DNA of 64,000 nucleotides, from NCBI RefSeq assembly GCF_021300655.1, contig NZ_JAJTNB010000001.1, positions 133,770-197,769 on the forward strand, read 5' to 3'. Shown piece after piece: positions 1-12,232 of the stretch (its first letter is position 1; every line of letters starts with the position of its first letter). The DNA is from Helicobacter kayseriensis (lineage in GTDB: Bacteria > Campylobacterota > Campylobacteria > Campylobacterales > Helicobacteraceae). Under the pieces are notes generated by a model, which worked only from the letters and a program-made list of their open reading frames with translations, was not told where the DNA came from and ran no database searches. Position numbers and translations under genes: made by a program.

Positions 1-3327
<3,327 letters not shown>

Positions 3328-3714
3328 TCAAAATATATCCACTCAACAACCCCAAAAGCTCTTTCCAGTCAATTGCTTCTGAGGATAAAAATAAAAAATA
3401 CAAAATACCAAACCCAAGATAGATCATAAAAACACAAAAAATCTTGATCCAAATTACATGAGAGAAAAAATGCAACATTGGCAAATAAAACAAAAGATAA
3501 GACAATAAAAAATAAAAAAACAATCCACTAAAACCCAAATTCTTTTCAAACTCTATCCAAAACAAGCACAATAAAACCAATAAAAATTGTGCATATTCCC
3601 CCCTCTTAAGATAAAAACAAAAGGCCAAAAACAAAAGACCTAACAAAGGAGGCAAAATGGCATAGATATTCGTCAAAGCGATATAGACAACAAAACATCC
3701 AAAAGCAAGGAGTT

Positions 3715-4170
3715 TTATAAAGATTTTAAAAGTGCCACTTCGTTGCATTGCGGAAAATGCTTGCATTTAATGCAATCTGTCCATATTTTGTGATTGGGAA
3801 TCTCACTCTTTTGGATTGTATAAAAACCTAATTTTTGGAAAAAATGCTCTTTGTAAGTCAAAACAAGAAGAGTTTGTATGCCCAATGCCCTCCCCTCTTG
3901 TTCAATATGCCTTACAAGCTCCTTTCCAATGCCTCTATTATGATATTGCTCATCGACAATCAAGCTACGCACTTCGGCAAGTTCTTGAGTATAAATATAA
4001 AGTGCGCAAAATCCGACAATACGCTCACCATCTCTAGCAACAACATAAGATCTAATTGTATTGGCCATTTCTTCTTCACTTCTAGGAAGAATATTACCTT
4101 TTTGAACTTCTGGCTCAACTAATGCAAGCATTTGCTGTACATCTTTTAATTTGGGTTTTTCATATTTCAC
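3715..4170 (-). CDS. GNAT family N-acetyltransferase
   Basis: 151 aa carrying the acetyl-CoA binding motif VDEQYHNRGIGKELV (Q/RxxGxG/A). Confidence 0.7.
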   Translation of the reverse strand: MKYEKPKLKDVQQMLALVEPEVQKGNILPRSEEEMANTIRSYVVARDGERIVGFCALYIYTQELAEVRSLIVDEQYHNRGIGKELVRHIEQEGRALGIQTLLVLTYKEHFFQKLGFYTIQKSEIPNHKIWTDCIKCKHFPQCNEVALLKSL

Positions 4171-4768
4171 TTTTCTGTCCTAGTGCTATTTTGATAATTT
4201 GCTCTTGCAAAAAATTTAAGGGTGTTATTTTACTTTCATTGGCAAATGTTGAAATTAGATTTTCTTTTTTTGCAATAAAAGCCATTTTTTCTTGATTCTT
4301 GAGCTTATCAGCTTTTGTATAAAGCTTTAAAAATTTTTGATCTCCCTTGCATAATGTCTTTAAAAATTGCTGAACTTCTTGATCAATCGGAAGGTTTGGA
4401 TGACGCGAATCGATTAGATGCAAAAACAACTTAATACTCCTACGTTTTTCCAAAAACTCAAGAAGATTTTTCTCCCAAATTCTTTTTTGCTCTTTTGAAA
4501 CTTTTGCATATCCAAAACCAGGCAAATCAATGATTCTAAACATAATAGGCGCCTCATCTCCACAAAAAGAAGCTTGATAAAAATTAATCAATCTTGTCTT
4601 TCCTGGAGTGGAAGAGCTTTTGGCAAGTCCCTGCTTTCTTAAAAACCAATTAATAAAACTTGATTTTCCCACATTGCTTCTTCCCAAACAAGCAATTTCA
4701 ACGCTCTGAGGTTCTGGGCACTGCGAAAAATGCGAAGCTGAAGTCAAAAAACTCGCATCTTTTATCAT
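4160..4768 (-). CDS. engB: Ribosome biogenesis GTP-binding protein EngB/YihA
   Basis: G1 motif GRSNVGKSSFIN, ~200 aa, and a conserved position downstream of lptA. Confidence 0.85.
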   Translation of the reverse strand: MIKDASFLTSASHFSQCPEPQSVEIACLGRSNVGKSSFINWFLRKQGLAKSSSTPGKTRLINFYQASFCGDEAPIMFRIIDLPGFGYAKVSKEQKRIWEKNLLEFLEKRRSIKLFLHLIDSRHPNLPIDQEVQQFLKTLCKGDQKFLKLYTKADKLKNQEKMAFIAKKENLISTFANESKITPLNFLQEQIIKIALGQKSEI

Positions 4769-5238
4769 GATTGATCCTTATTTTGCTCAAGTGTAAAAAT
4801 AATTTTTGCCGGCTTTTTCTTATCTCCCTCAACACTTGCAGATCCGCTTCTGCGATTAAGAACAATAACTTCCCCTTTGATTGAATTTTTTTTGCCTTGT
4901 TCTTGCACATATGCTTTCCCTATCAAGCGGTATTCTTCTTGAATGGCATCATAAATAATCTGATTTGCATTGCCTTGCATAATACGACCATCATTTGTCT
5001 TTACACGAAATCTCACATTTCCCTTAGCTTGGTAGTTAGAAGGTTTTTTATTGTGATCTGTTTTGACAATCACTTCATTTGCATATAAGATATCTCCCTG
5101 TTTTTCAATCACAACATTTCCACGCATAATCGTCTGTCCCTTTAATTGATCAGACATAATATGATTTGCACTGACTTCAACCGTTTCTGCAACACCCAAA
5201 ACAGTGAGGCATATAAAAATTATTGCTCCTCGAACCAT
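4765..5238 (-). CDS. lptA: LPS transport periplasmic protein LptA (OstA-N fold)
   Basis: 157 aa with a signal peptide and an OstA-like beta-jellyroll sequence. It sits in a kdsC-lptC-lptA-engB arrangement. Confidence 0.65.
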   Translation of the reverse strand: MVRGAIIFICLTVLGVAETVEVSANHIMSDQLKGQTIMRGNVVIEKQGDILYANEVIVKTDHNKKPSNYQAKGNVRFRVKTNDGRIMQGNANQIIYDAIQEEYRLIGKAYVQEQGKKNSIKGEVIVLNRRSGSASVEGDKKKPAKIIFTLEQNKDQS

Positions 5239-5783
5239 ATTTTTCCTCTAGGAAGATTAGCTCTCATTATTTGCTTCTTTGCATCATAAAACAAATCATT
5301 TCCGGCAAACTCCCCCTCCTGTGTTTTCATCCAAAATTCTCCTTCTGTTTGGAAAATTCTATTTTTAAGATAAAAAACCCCTTTTTGCGCCTCAAATTCT
5401 ACACCATCAAGATTGGAATATTTTATCCCTCCATCAAATAAATAGCGGTCATTTTTTTTAATTCCATGAAAAACATAAAATGTCTCTTCATTTTCACGTG
5501 CTTTCAGAGACTTGAGTCCGCCAATCTCAGGATTATAATTTGTCAAAGAAAAGTCCCAAAATTCTTCACGATCCTCAAACTGCAATCCCTTTTTTCCAAT
5601 CACTTTGGCTTCTGGTAGATTATTTGCAACACTAAAGAGGGTAAAGTCATTGACTTCAAGCGTAGCGACTTCTTCATTATTTCTTTGTCGCTCTTGCTTC
5701 CCCTCCGGAGGGAATAAAATAAAAACAATGGAAAAAAATAAAATTCCAAGAAAAAAAGCATACACCCTAGCAAAAGAATTCAA
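5220..5783 (-). CDS. lptC: LPS export protein LptC
   Basis: 187 aa with a single N-terminal TM anchor and a periplasmic domain, lying between kdsC and lptA. Confidence 0.6.
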   Translation of the reverse strand: MNSFARVYAFFLGILFFSIVFILFPPEGKQERQRNNEEVATLEVNDFTLFSVANNLPEAKVIGKKGLQFEDREEFWDFSLTNYNPEIGGLKSLKARENEETFYVFHGIKKNDRYLFDGGIKYSNLDGVEFEAQKGVFYLKNRIFQTEGEFWMKTQEGEFAGNDLFYDAKKQIMRANLPRGKIWFEEQ

Positions 5784-6261
5784 ACCATTGATCCTCTAGA
5801 TTTTCTCTTTTTAAAATTATCTCAATCATCTCTCTTACCGCCCCATTTCCCCCCTTTGAATCTAGGACACAATCCACCTTATCCAAGATTTGTCTTGCTC
5901 CATCACTAGGACAAAAACTCATTCCGCTTTGTGCAAACATCGATAAATCATTTAAGTCATCCCCAATGCTTGCAATTTCATCTTTACTGCATTGAAGCTC
6001 TTCTTGTAAGCGTTGAACAATTTCTCCTTTTTGCTTTACCCCCATAAAAACAAAATCAATCCCCAACTCTTTTGCCCTGCGTTCCACAATAGATGAAGTC
6101 CTACCTGTAATGATTGCGCTTTTCCTTCCCATTTGCTTCCACACCCTCAAAGCAAGTCCATCTTTGATATGAAAAGCTTTGATTTCTTCTCCAGAATCTA
6201 AATAATAAACTCTTCCATCTGTCAATGTTCCATCTACATCTAATAATAACAATCGTATCAT
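5767..6261 (-). CDS. kdsC: 3-deoxy-D-manno-octulosonate 8-phosphate phosphatase KdsC (HAD superfamily)
   Basis: MIRLLLLDVDGTLTDGRVYY is HAD motif I. The protein is 164 aa, the KdsC size. Confidence 0.85.
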   Translation of the reverse strand: MIRLLLLDVDGTLTDGRVYYLDSGEEIKAFHIKDGLALRVWKQMGRKSAIITGRTSSIVERRAKELGIDFVFMGVKQKGEIVQRLQEELQCSKDEIASIGDDLNDLSMFAQSGMSFCPSDGARQILDKVDCVLDSKGGNGAVREMIEIILKRENLEDQWFEFFC

Positions 6262-7163
6262 TCTCTAATAATCACTCTTCCTTTGATATTGGGGTGTCGT
6301 GTCAAAAAGTCATTTGCCTCATCTTCACTTCTAAATCCCTGAATCATGACACGATAAATACTGCCATCATCAAGTTCTTGAGTTTGAATGATGGTTTGGT
6401 AATTTTTCAATTGATCAAATTTTTGCTTAAGCTCTTCTGCACCCTCTTTTCTTCTAAAGGCTCCCACTTGCAAAGCAAATATTCCTCCCTCTACACTCTC
6501 TTGAGTTTGTCCAACCTTAAATTCTTTTTGAAGATCTCCAGTCATTTCTTGAGGTTTGCTCATCCCGCTCCCAATTACCCCCTTAAATCCAATCACTTCA
6601 ATCATCACTCGCGCAGTTCCCTTTTTCACCATATCAATTTCACGCGCAGCAGCATTAGAAAGATCAATAATTCTTCCCTCAACAAATGGACCTCGATCAT
6701 TGATTCTTACAATTGTTGTTTTTCCATTCTCTTTATTATGTACCCGCACAACAGTATTCATTGGGAGAATCTTACTTGCTGCAGTATGGGCATGCATATT
6801 GTAGATTTCTCCATTAGATGTTTTTTTGGCATGAAAATCTGGACCATACCAGCTCGCAATCCCATCAAATCGTTCCCCCAAACTAACTCTTTGAGGATAG
6901 TACCATTTGCCATCAATTTTATAAGGACGCATCGTAGCTCTCTGAATGGCTTTTGATTCCCTCATCCCCCTTACATCAACACTGCCCAAAATCGATGAAA
7001 CTCTTCCATCTTCCACCCCATACTCAGGATCTAAAGGAGTGCCCTTACGATACAAATGCAAATCCTCATAATCACTAAATGCCCCTATTCCTCCACGATA
7101 AGCACTGTTACTCGAACACCCTGCAAGCACAACAAAGACAATCAAAAAATAAAATAGATTCAT
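6258..7163 (-). CDS. rlpA: Septal ring lytic transglycosylase RlpA (DPBB domain + C-terminal SPOR domain), lipoprotein
   Basis: Lipobox (LAGCSS), an RlpA-like double-psi beta barrel region, and a SPOR-like C-terminus (LQVGAFRRKEGAEEL). Confidence 0.8.
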   Translation of the reverse strand: MNLFYFLIVFVVLAGCSSNSAYRGGIGAFSDYEDLHLYRKGTPLDPEYGVEDGRVSSILGSVDVRGMRESKAIQRATMRPYKIDGKWYYPQRVSLGERFDGIASWYGPDFHAKKTSNGEIYNMHAHTAASKILPMNTVVRVHNKENGKTTIVRINDRGPFVEGRIIDLSNAAAREIDMVKKGTARVMIEVIGFKGVIGSGMSKPQEMTGDLQKEFKVGQTQESVEGGIFALQVGAFRRKEGAEELKQKFDQLKNYQTIIQTQELDDGSIYRVMIQGFRSEDEANDFLTRHPNIKGRVIIRE

Positions 7164-8305
7164 TGTTTTTGTGCAACTCTCTTGTTATATTGCTCTTTTA
7201 GGATTGGAATAATCAAAGATTGCTTGATTGAAAGATGGCTACTTTTCACCTCATTGACATTTTGAAGTTCAGCAATACTTGTTTTATATTTTTTGGCAAT
7301 ACTATAGAGCGTCTCACCTTTTTTGACACGATGGAGAACATACATTGCATTTTGATTTTTGACAGGTTGAAAGTTTTGTTTAAAAGCTGAGAGTTTGTTG
7401 TATGGAACATAAACAGTATATTTTCCCTTACCGGGAGGTAAAAAATTATATTTAAAGTGTTTGTTATATTTTTTTAATTCATCTAAGGATAAATCAATTG
7501 ACTTTGCCACCTCAAACAAAGGTGTTCCTGCATCTACTTCCACTCCAATGATTGTGCTTGTCGCTCCTCGATTGAGAAAATACTCTCGATTTTCATTTTT
7601 TAAAACATCAGCATTATTAAAAGCTAAGCTCATCCCCAGTATCATACGAATATAGTGTCGCGTCTCTTTAGGAAGATAAGCCATATCTGGATCAATGAGT
7701 GTTTGTATGTCTTTTGTCCCTGCTTTTTTGATTGCCTTTTGAAGCCTTCCGATTCCACAATTATAGGCCATCGCTGCTAGATACCACTCTCCTGTAGCAC
7801 TTTTAAGATATTTGAGATAACGAATCGCAGCTTTTGTGCTTTTGATAGGATCGCGCCTTTCATCAATATATTCATTGATTTTAAGCCCCAATTCTCGAGC
7901 TGTTTTTGGCATTAATTGCCAAATGCCACTTGCCTTTTTGGGACTATAAGCACGCATTGAAAATTCAGACTCTGCCATAGCTAGAAACAAAAACTCTTGA
8001 GGAATCTCTGCCTCCACCATCATAAGGCGCAAAGTAGGAATAATTTCATAGCCTTGATCAAAGCGTTCAACAAAATATTCCCATCTAGCCTGAACGCTTC
8101 TTTCATAAGTCATATTGGCTTGGTTGAGGGCTGGAAGAAAACTAACATCCAAATCAAAAGAATGCAAAATTCCTCCACTTGAGCGGACCTGAGGCATCTT
8201 AAAATCCACCTTTCCCTCATAATCAATCGCACCAAAAGTCAATAAAGTCGTCGTTCCAAAAGAGATCAAAAATTTTTTCAAATCAAATCCTAATAAGCAA
8301 ATCAC
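7160..8305 (-). CDS. mltD: Membrane-bound lytic murein transglycosylase D-like (SLT domain + C-terminal LysM)
   Basis: SLT catalytic region (MAESEFSMRAYSPKKASGIWQLMP; the ES...GLMQ-type motif) and a C-terminal LysM (YVLHRVKKGETLYSIAKKYKTSIAELQNVN). Confidence 0.8.
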   Translation of the reverse strand: MICLLGFDLKKFLISFGTTTLLTFGAIDYEGKVDFKMPQVRSSGGILHSFDLDVSFLPALNQANMTYERSVQARWEYFVERFDQGYEIIPTLRLMMVEAEIPQEFLFLAMAESEFSMRAYSPKKASGIWQLMPKTARELGLKINEYIDERRDPIKSTKAAIRYLKYLKSATGEWYLAAMAYNCGIGRLQKAIKKAGTKDIQTLIDPDMAYLPKETRHYIRMILGMSLAFNNADVLKNENREYFLNRGATSTIIGVEVDAGTPLFEVAKSIDLSLDELKKYNKHFKYNFLPPGKGKYTVYVPYNKLSAFKQNFQPVKNQNAMYVLHRVKKGETLYSIAKKYKTSIAELQNVNEVKSSHLSIKQSLIIPILKEQYNKRVAQKQ

Positions 8306-8326
8306 TTCAAAACAAAATCTGCCATT

Positions 8327-9088
8327 CTACAAAAATAAATTAAAGAGTTCCTGTGTATTTTGATTGCAAAGTTTTTGTATTTTTTCTACAGGAATCCCTA
8401 ATATCTCAGACATTTTTGACACAATCAAAGGAATGTATTTAGGCTCATTTCTTTCACCTCTAAAAGGATGAGGAGTAAGATAAGGTGCATCTGTTTCTAA
8501 TAAAATCCTATCTTGAGGAATTAAAGGCAAAACTTCCACCAATCTTTTTGCATTTTTAAAAGTTAAAACACCCCCGATTCCATAATAAAAACGATCGCTT
8601 AATTCAAGCAAAATCTTATCTGCATTAAAGCAGTGAAATACTCCTCTTGCATTTGGATATTGCTTAAGAATCTCAAAAACTTCAGCACTTGCTTCCCTTA
8701 CATGCAAAATCAAAGGCTTATCGACTTTAATAGCAAGCTCAATTTGCATCACAAAGCATTCTCTTTGTCTTTTTTTGTATTCCTCTATACCCTCAATTGG
8801 AAGCCTAAAATAATCCAATCCACACTCCCCAATTGCTACACATTTTGGATGATTCTGATTTGCAAAAAGACTATCTAAATCAAAAGTATCCAAATGATAA
8901 GGATGCACCCCACTTGCAAAAAATACATTTTGGTATCGCTGTGCAAGCTCAATTGCTCTAGAGCCATCTTGAGGATCCGCACCTGGAATAATAAAATGAT
9001 CAACACCAACTGCCTGCGCTTCACTTAAAACCAAATCCAAATCTGTTGCAAATACTTCGCTATCTAGATGACAATGTGTATCAACCAT
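8327..9088 (-). CDS. tatD: TatD family metal-dependent DNase/hydrolase
   Basis: MVDTHCHLD...GECGLDY motifs. The start was taken at the internal Met of the 259-aa ORF. Confidence 0.85.
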   Translation of the reverse strand: MVDTHCHLDSEVFATDLDLVLSEAQAVGVDHFIIPGADPQDGSRAIELAQRYQNVFFASGVHPYHLDTFDLDSLFANQNHPKCVAIGECGLDYFRLPIEGIEEYKKRQRECFVMQIELAIKVDKPLILHVREASAEVFEILKQYPNARGVFHCFNADKILLELSDRFYYGIGGVLTFKNAKRLVEVLPLIPQDRILLETDAPYLTPHPFRGERNEPKYIPLIVSKMSEILGIPVEKIQKLCNQNTQELFNLFL

Positions 9089-9123
9089 TTTTTCTCCCAA
9101 TCTCACAAAGCTTTCATCAATTT

Positions 9124-9143
9124 AACTGTAATATTTTACAGTT
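9124..9143. promoter_or_regulatory. Perfect 8-bp inverted repeat AACTGTAA-tatt-TTACAGTT (a CTGT-N8-ACAG core) in the tatD/ribE divergent promoter region
   Basis: Read directly at 9124-9143, between the divergent starts at 9088/9106 and 9167. Confidence 0.5.
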
Positions 9144-9166
9144 AAAAACCACGCCAAAGGAAGAGA

Positions 9167-9778
9167 ATGTTTAGCGGTCTTGTTCGAGAAATCGCACCTA
9201 TCAAACAATTCAAAAATGACAAACTCTATATCCAAAGTACACTTAAACCTTCAATTGGAGACAGTATCGCAGTCAATGGAATGTGTCTCACTGTCATTGA
9301 AAACAAAAGCGATGGATTTATCTTAGAGCTCACTCAACACACACAGGCAAATGTCGCTTGTGAAAATCTAAAAGACAGAGCACATATCGAACCAGCACTG
9401 CAGATCAAAGATCGCTTTGATGGGCATTTTGTTCAGGGCCATATTGATGGAATTGGAGAAATTATCAACATCACACACCATCACAATCAAAGTGATTTTT
9501 TAATCCAAATCCCCTCTAATATCGCTCATCTTTTGATTCCTAAGGGCTCTGTTGCTATTGATGGAATCAGCCTCACTATCTCTGATTGTTATGATCATCT
9601 TTTGCATCTCACACTCATCCCCCACACTCTTCAAAATACTCTTTTTGGGAGCTATCAAATAGGCAGAAGAGTTAATATTGAGACAGATATGCTCGTGCGA
9701 AGTGTGGCGCATATTTTGAAACGACACAAAGTGAGCAAATGGGAGGAATTTGATATGGCTGTTTTGAGCTACTCATGA
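9167..9778 (+). CDS. ribE: Riboflavin synthase alpha subunit
   Basis: MFSGLVREIAPIK start, two lumazine-binding repeats, 203 aa. Confidence 0.85.
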   Translation: MFSGLVREIAPIKQFKNDKLYIQSTLKPSIGDSIAVNGMCLTVIENKSDGFILELTQHTQANVACENLKDRAHIEPALQIKDRFDGHFVQGHIDGIGEIINITHHHNQSDFLIQIPSNIAHLLIPKGSVAIDGISLTISDCYDHLLHLTLIPHTLQNTLFGSYQIGRRVNIETDMLVRSVAHILKRHKVSKWEEFDMAVLSYS

Positions 9779-10038
9779 AAAAAGCTGTTGCCCTTGCCTA
9801 CAAGGCCTACCAAGATCGTGCTCCAAAAGTCATAGCTAGCGGAAAGGGAGAGATTGCTCAAAAAATCATTGCCAAAGCCAAAGAATGGAATGTTCCTCTT
9901 TTTCAAAATAAAGAATTGGTTGATTCAATTATTCATCTGCAAGCCAATGAAGAGATTCCCCAAGAGCTCTATATGGCTTTGGTTGAAGTATTTATATGGC
10001 TCAAAAGATGCGAAGAAAATGCTCAATTGAGCCAATAA
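9775..10038 (+). CDS. FlhB C-terminal domain-like protein (EscU/YscU/HrcU family paralogue)
   Basis: 87 aa with the conserved PxxxAxG context (RAPKVIASGKGEIAQKII...VPLFQNKELVDSI), typical of small FlhB-C homologues. Confidence 0.7.
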   Translation: MKKAVALAYKAYQDRAPKVIASGKGEIAQKIIAKAKEWNVPLFQNKELVDSIIHLQANEEIPQELYMALVEVFIWLKRCEENAQLSQ

Positions 10039-10051
10039 TTAGCACTTATAT

Positions 10052-12232
10052 TTATCGATTGCAAAGAATCTTATAAGGACACGCTCTACAAAGGGAATAG
10101 GAAGTCACTTTCTCAAACTTTTCTTCCTTCCTAATTTCCTCCATCAAACTCTCAAGCTCATCTTCTCCACGCTTCACATCAATTTTAAACATTTCTCCAC
10201 TCTGCAAATAAGAAAGATGAACTTCAATATCTAAATGAGAAAATAAATTTTGCAAATAAAGAAAATAAAGAGTGCCTTGCAGATGATCTTTTTTCTGTCT
10301 ATCTGAGAGCTTATAATCAATCACACGAATTATGCAATCCTTTTGATCTACACGATCAATTCTCCCACCAAAACAATTTCCCCTCCACTCAAAATTAAAT
10401 TGATGCTCTAAAAACAAAATCTCATCGGGCAAGTTTTGCAACTCATATTTCCAAAATTTTTGCATTTGCCTTGCAATGAGAGCTAGTTGCATTTTTATTT
10501 TTGCACGATCAGCTTTTTCTTGCGCATCAAATATTTTTCGTTCAAAAATAGATTTTACTTCTCTTAAATCTTGTGCTTCTTTATAGGTCTCATACAACAG
10601 ATAATGAATCTCACGCCCTATACTCATCGCATCGCTTTGCTCTTCTGACTTAAGCTTCATAAGATATTGAAAATAAAATTTCCTTTTGCATTCTTGAAAA
10701 ATTTTTAAACTTGAGCTTGAAAAAATAAAATCACGATCTATTTTTGCCTTAATTTCATCTTCTAGATAGTTGATTTCTTTTGCTTGAGGAAAGAGTGTGC
10801 GATGGTTGTGATGGATCTTGTATTCCAAACCGATTTCTTGCAAAAATGGAGAGAGCTTATTTTCTAGAAACACAATTTCAACTTCTTTTGAATGCTTAAA
10901 CAATTCTAAATAATAATGCTTTTGAAGATTTTGCTTATCTTTGATTGTTGGCATTCCAACATTCTGACGCACTTGAGTATTCAAAAACATATCTTGATAT
11001 GAAAGCAAGGGAATATTATCTTGATTAAAATCTACGATTAAAACTTTTTCAAATTCCACCCCCCTTGTTTCCAACATCCCCATTACTCTTACTTTTCCAC
11101 CATGACGATCATCTTCTTTGATCTCTTTTGCTTCTGAAAGGAAAAGTTGCAAAATTTCCCTCTTCTCCAAACCTTCCAAAAATGCAAGATTGTGCTCAAA
11201 TGTTGCCAAAATCTCCAATAGCTTCATTTGCGTGCGATGTGTCAAATAAGACTCTTTAATGGTTTGCTTGATGTATCCAAAAATCTCTAGTATCGTCTGA
11301 TGCTCATCTGTAAAAAGTTTTTCAATTTTTTCAAATATCCCACCATCTAAGTCTTTTCCCATTGCATAGTTAAAATTTTTTCCCTCATCACACGCCTGCA
11401 AAAACTCTGCAAAATCCTCTTTAGGCAGAACAACAGCAATCTTTTGGGGATCTACCCCCTCTTTGAGCCACTGCTGAATCTTGTCAATCACAACACTGCA
11501 CTCATCAATGCGCGTCTGACAAGAGGTGAGAGAAATACTTGTAGAAAGAGGATGGGGAGATACTTCCAATATCTTTTGATCTGCAAGAGCAATCAAATAG
11601 GAATGATGAGGAAGAAAATCAGAATCAATAAAAGCAAAATGAGAAAGATTAAAAGTGTCAATATTAACCTGCAAGACAATGGGAATCTTTTGTGCAATTT
11701 GAAGCAAAACATCCCACTCAAAATGCGACAAAAATCCATCAACAAAAAGCCTGATTTCATTAAAACATTTTAAGTAATCCCAAAAAATCTCATATTCTCT
11801 AGGAAAATCATATAAACCACAATCGCGCAGTTTCTCTTGATAAGAGTGATAGATCCGCTCAATCACACCCAAATGATCTTCATATTCTCCATAAATATCA
11901 CTCTGCTTGATTTGTCCTAATTCCACCTTGCTAGCAAACATTTCTTTAAACAACGCAAGCAAAAAAGGAGAAGTTTCTAAAAAACCCAAGAAATTGGATT
12001 CAAAAAACAAAAATGCCCTCTCCCTGCTTTCAAAATCAAAATTTCTTAAGACCTGCATCAAAAGAAATTTTTGCACAACCATTGAAGCTCTACTTCCATT
12101 GGCACTCAAGATACATTGTGAAAAAAATCCCTCAAGTGTCAAACTTGGAGGGACAAATCCCCCCTCTTGTTGAAAAGCAAAATTTTCTAGAGCTCTAGAA
12201 CTTGAAAAGACATATAAAGTTTCTCGCTTCAA
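10052..12232 (-). CDS. addB: AddB-like helicase-nuclease subunit (PD-(D/E)XK nuclease domain with C-terminal Cys cluster)
   Basis: 726 aa. The C-terminus carries GRIDRVDQ...IRVIDYKLS (PD-D/ExK) and Cys residues (CRACPYKILC) like the AddB iron-staple. No addA gene is adjacent. Confidence 0.55.
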   Translation of the reverse strand: MKRETLYVFSSSRALENFAFQQEGGFVPPSLTLEGFFSQCILSANGSRASMVVQKFLLMQVLRNFDFESRERAFLFFESNFLGFLETSPFLLALFKEMFASKVELGQIKQSDIYGEYEDHLGVIERIYHSYQEKLRDCGLYDFPREYEIFWDYLKCFNEIRLFVDGFLSHFEWDVLLQIAQKIPIVLQVNIDTFNLSHFAFIDSDFLPHHSYLIALADQKILEVSPHPLSTSISLTSCQTRIDECSVVIDKIQQWLKEGVDPQKIAVVLPKEDFAEFLQACDEGKNFNYAMGKDLDGGIFEKIEKLFTDEHQTILEIFGYIKQTIKESYLTHRTQMKLLEILATFEHNLAFLEGLEKREILQLFLSEAKEIKEDDRHGGKVRVMGMLETRGVEFEKVLIVDFNQDNIPLLSYQDMFLNTQVRQNVGMPTIKDKQNLQKHYYLELFKHSKEVEIVFLENKLSPFLQEIGLEYKIHHNHRTLFPQAKEINYLEDEIKAKIDRDFIFSSSSLKIFQECKRKFYFQYLMKLKSEEQSDAMSIGREIHYLLYETYKEAQDLREVKSIFERKIFDAQEKADRAKIKMQLALIARQMQKFWKYELQNLPDEILFLEHQFNFEWRGNCFGGRIDRVDQKDCIIRVIDYKLSDRQKKDHLQGTLYFLYLQNLFSHLDIEVHLSYLQSGEMFKIDVKRGEDELESLMEEIRKEEKFEKVTSYSLCRACPYKILCNR

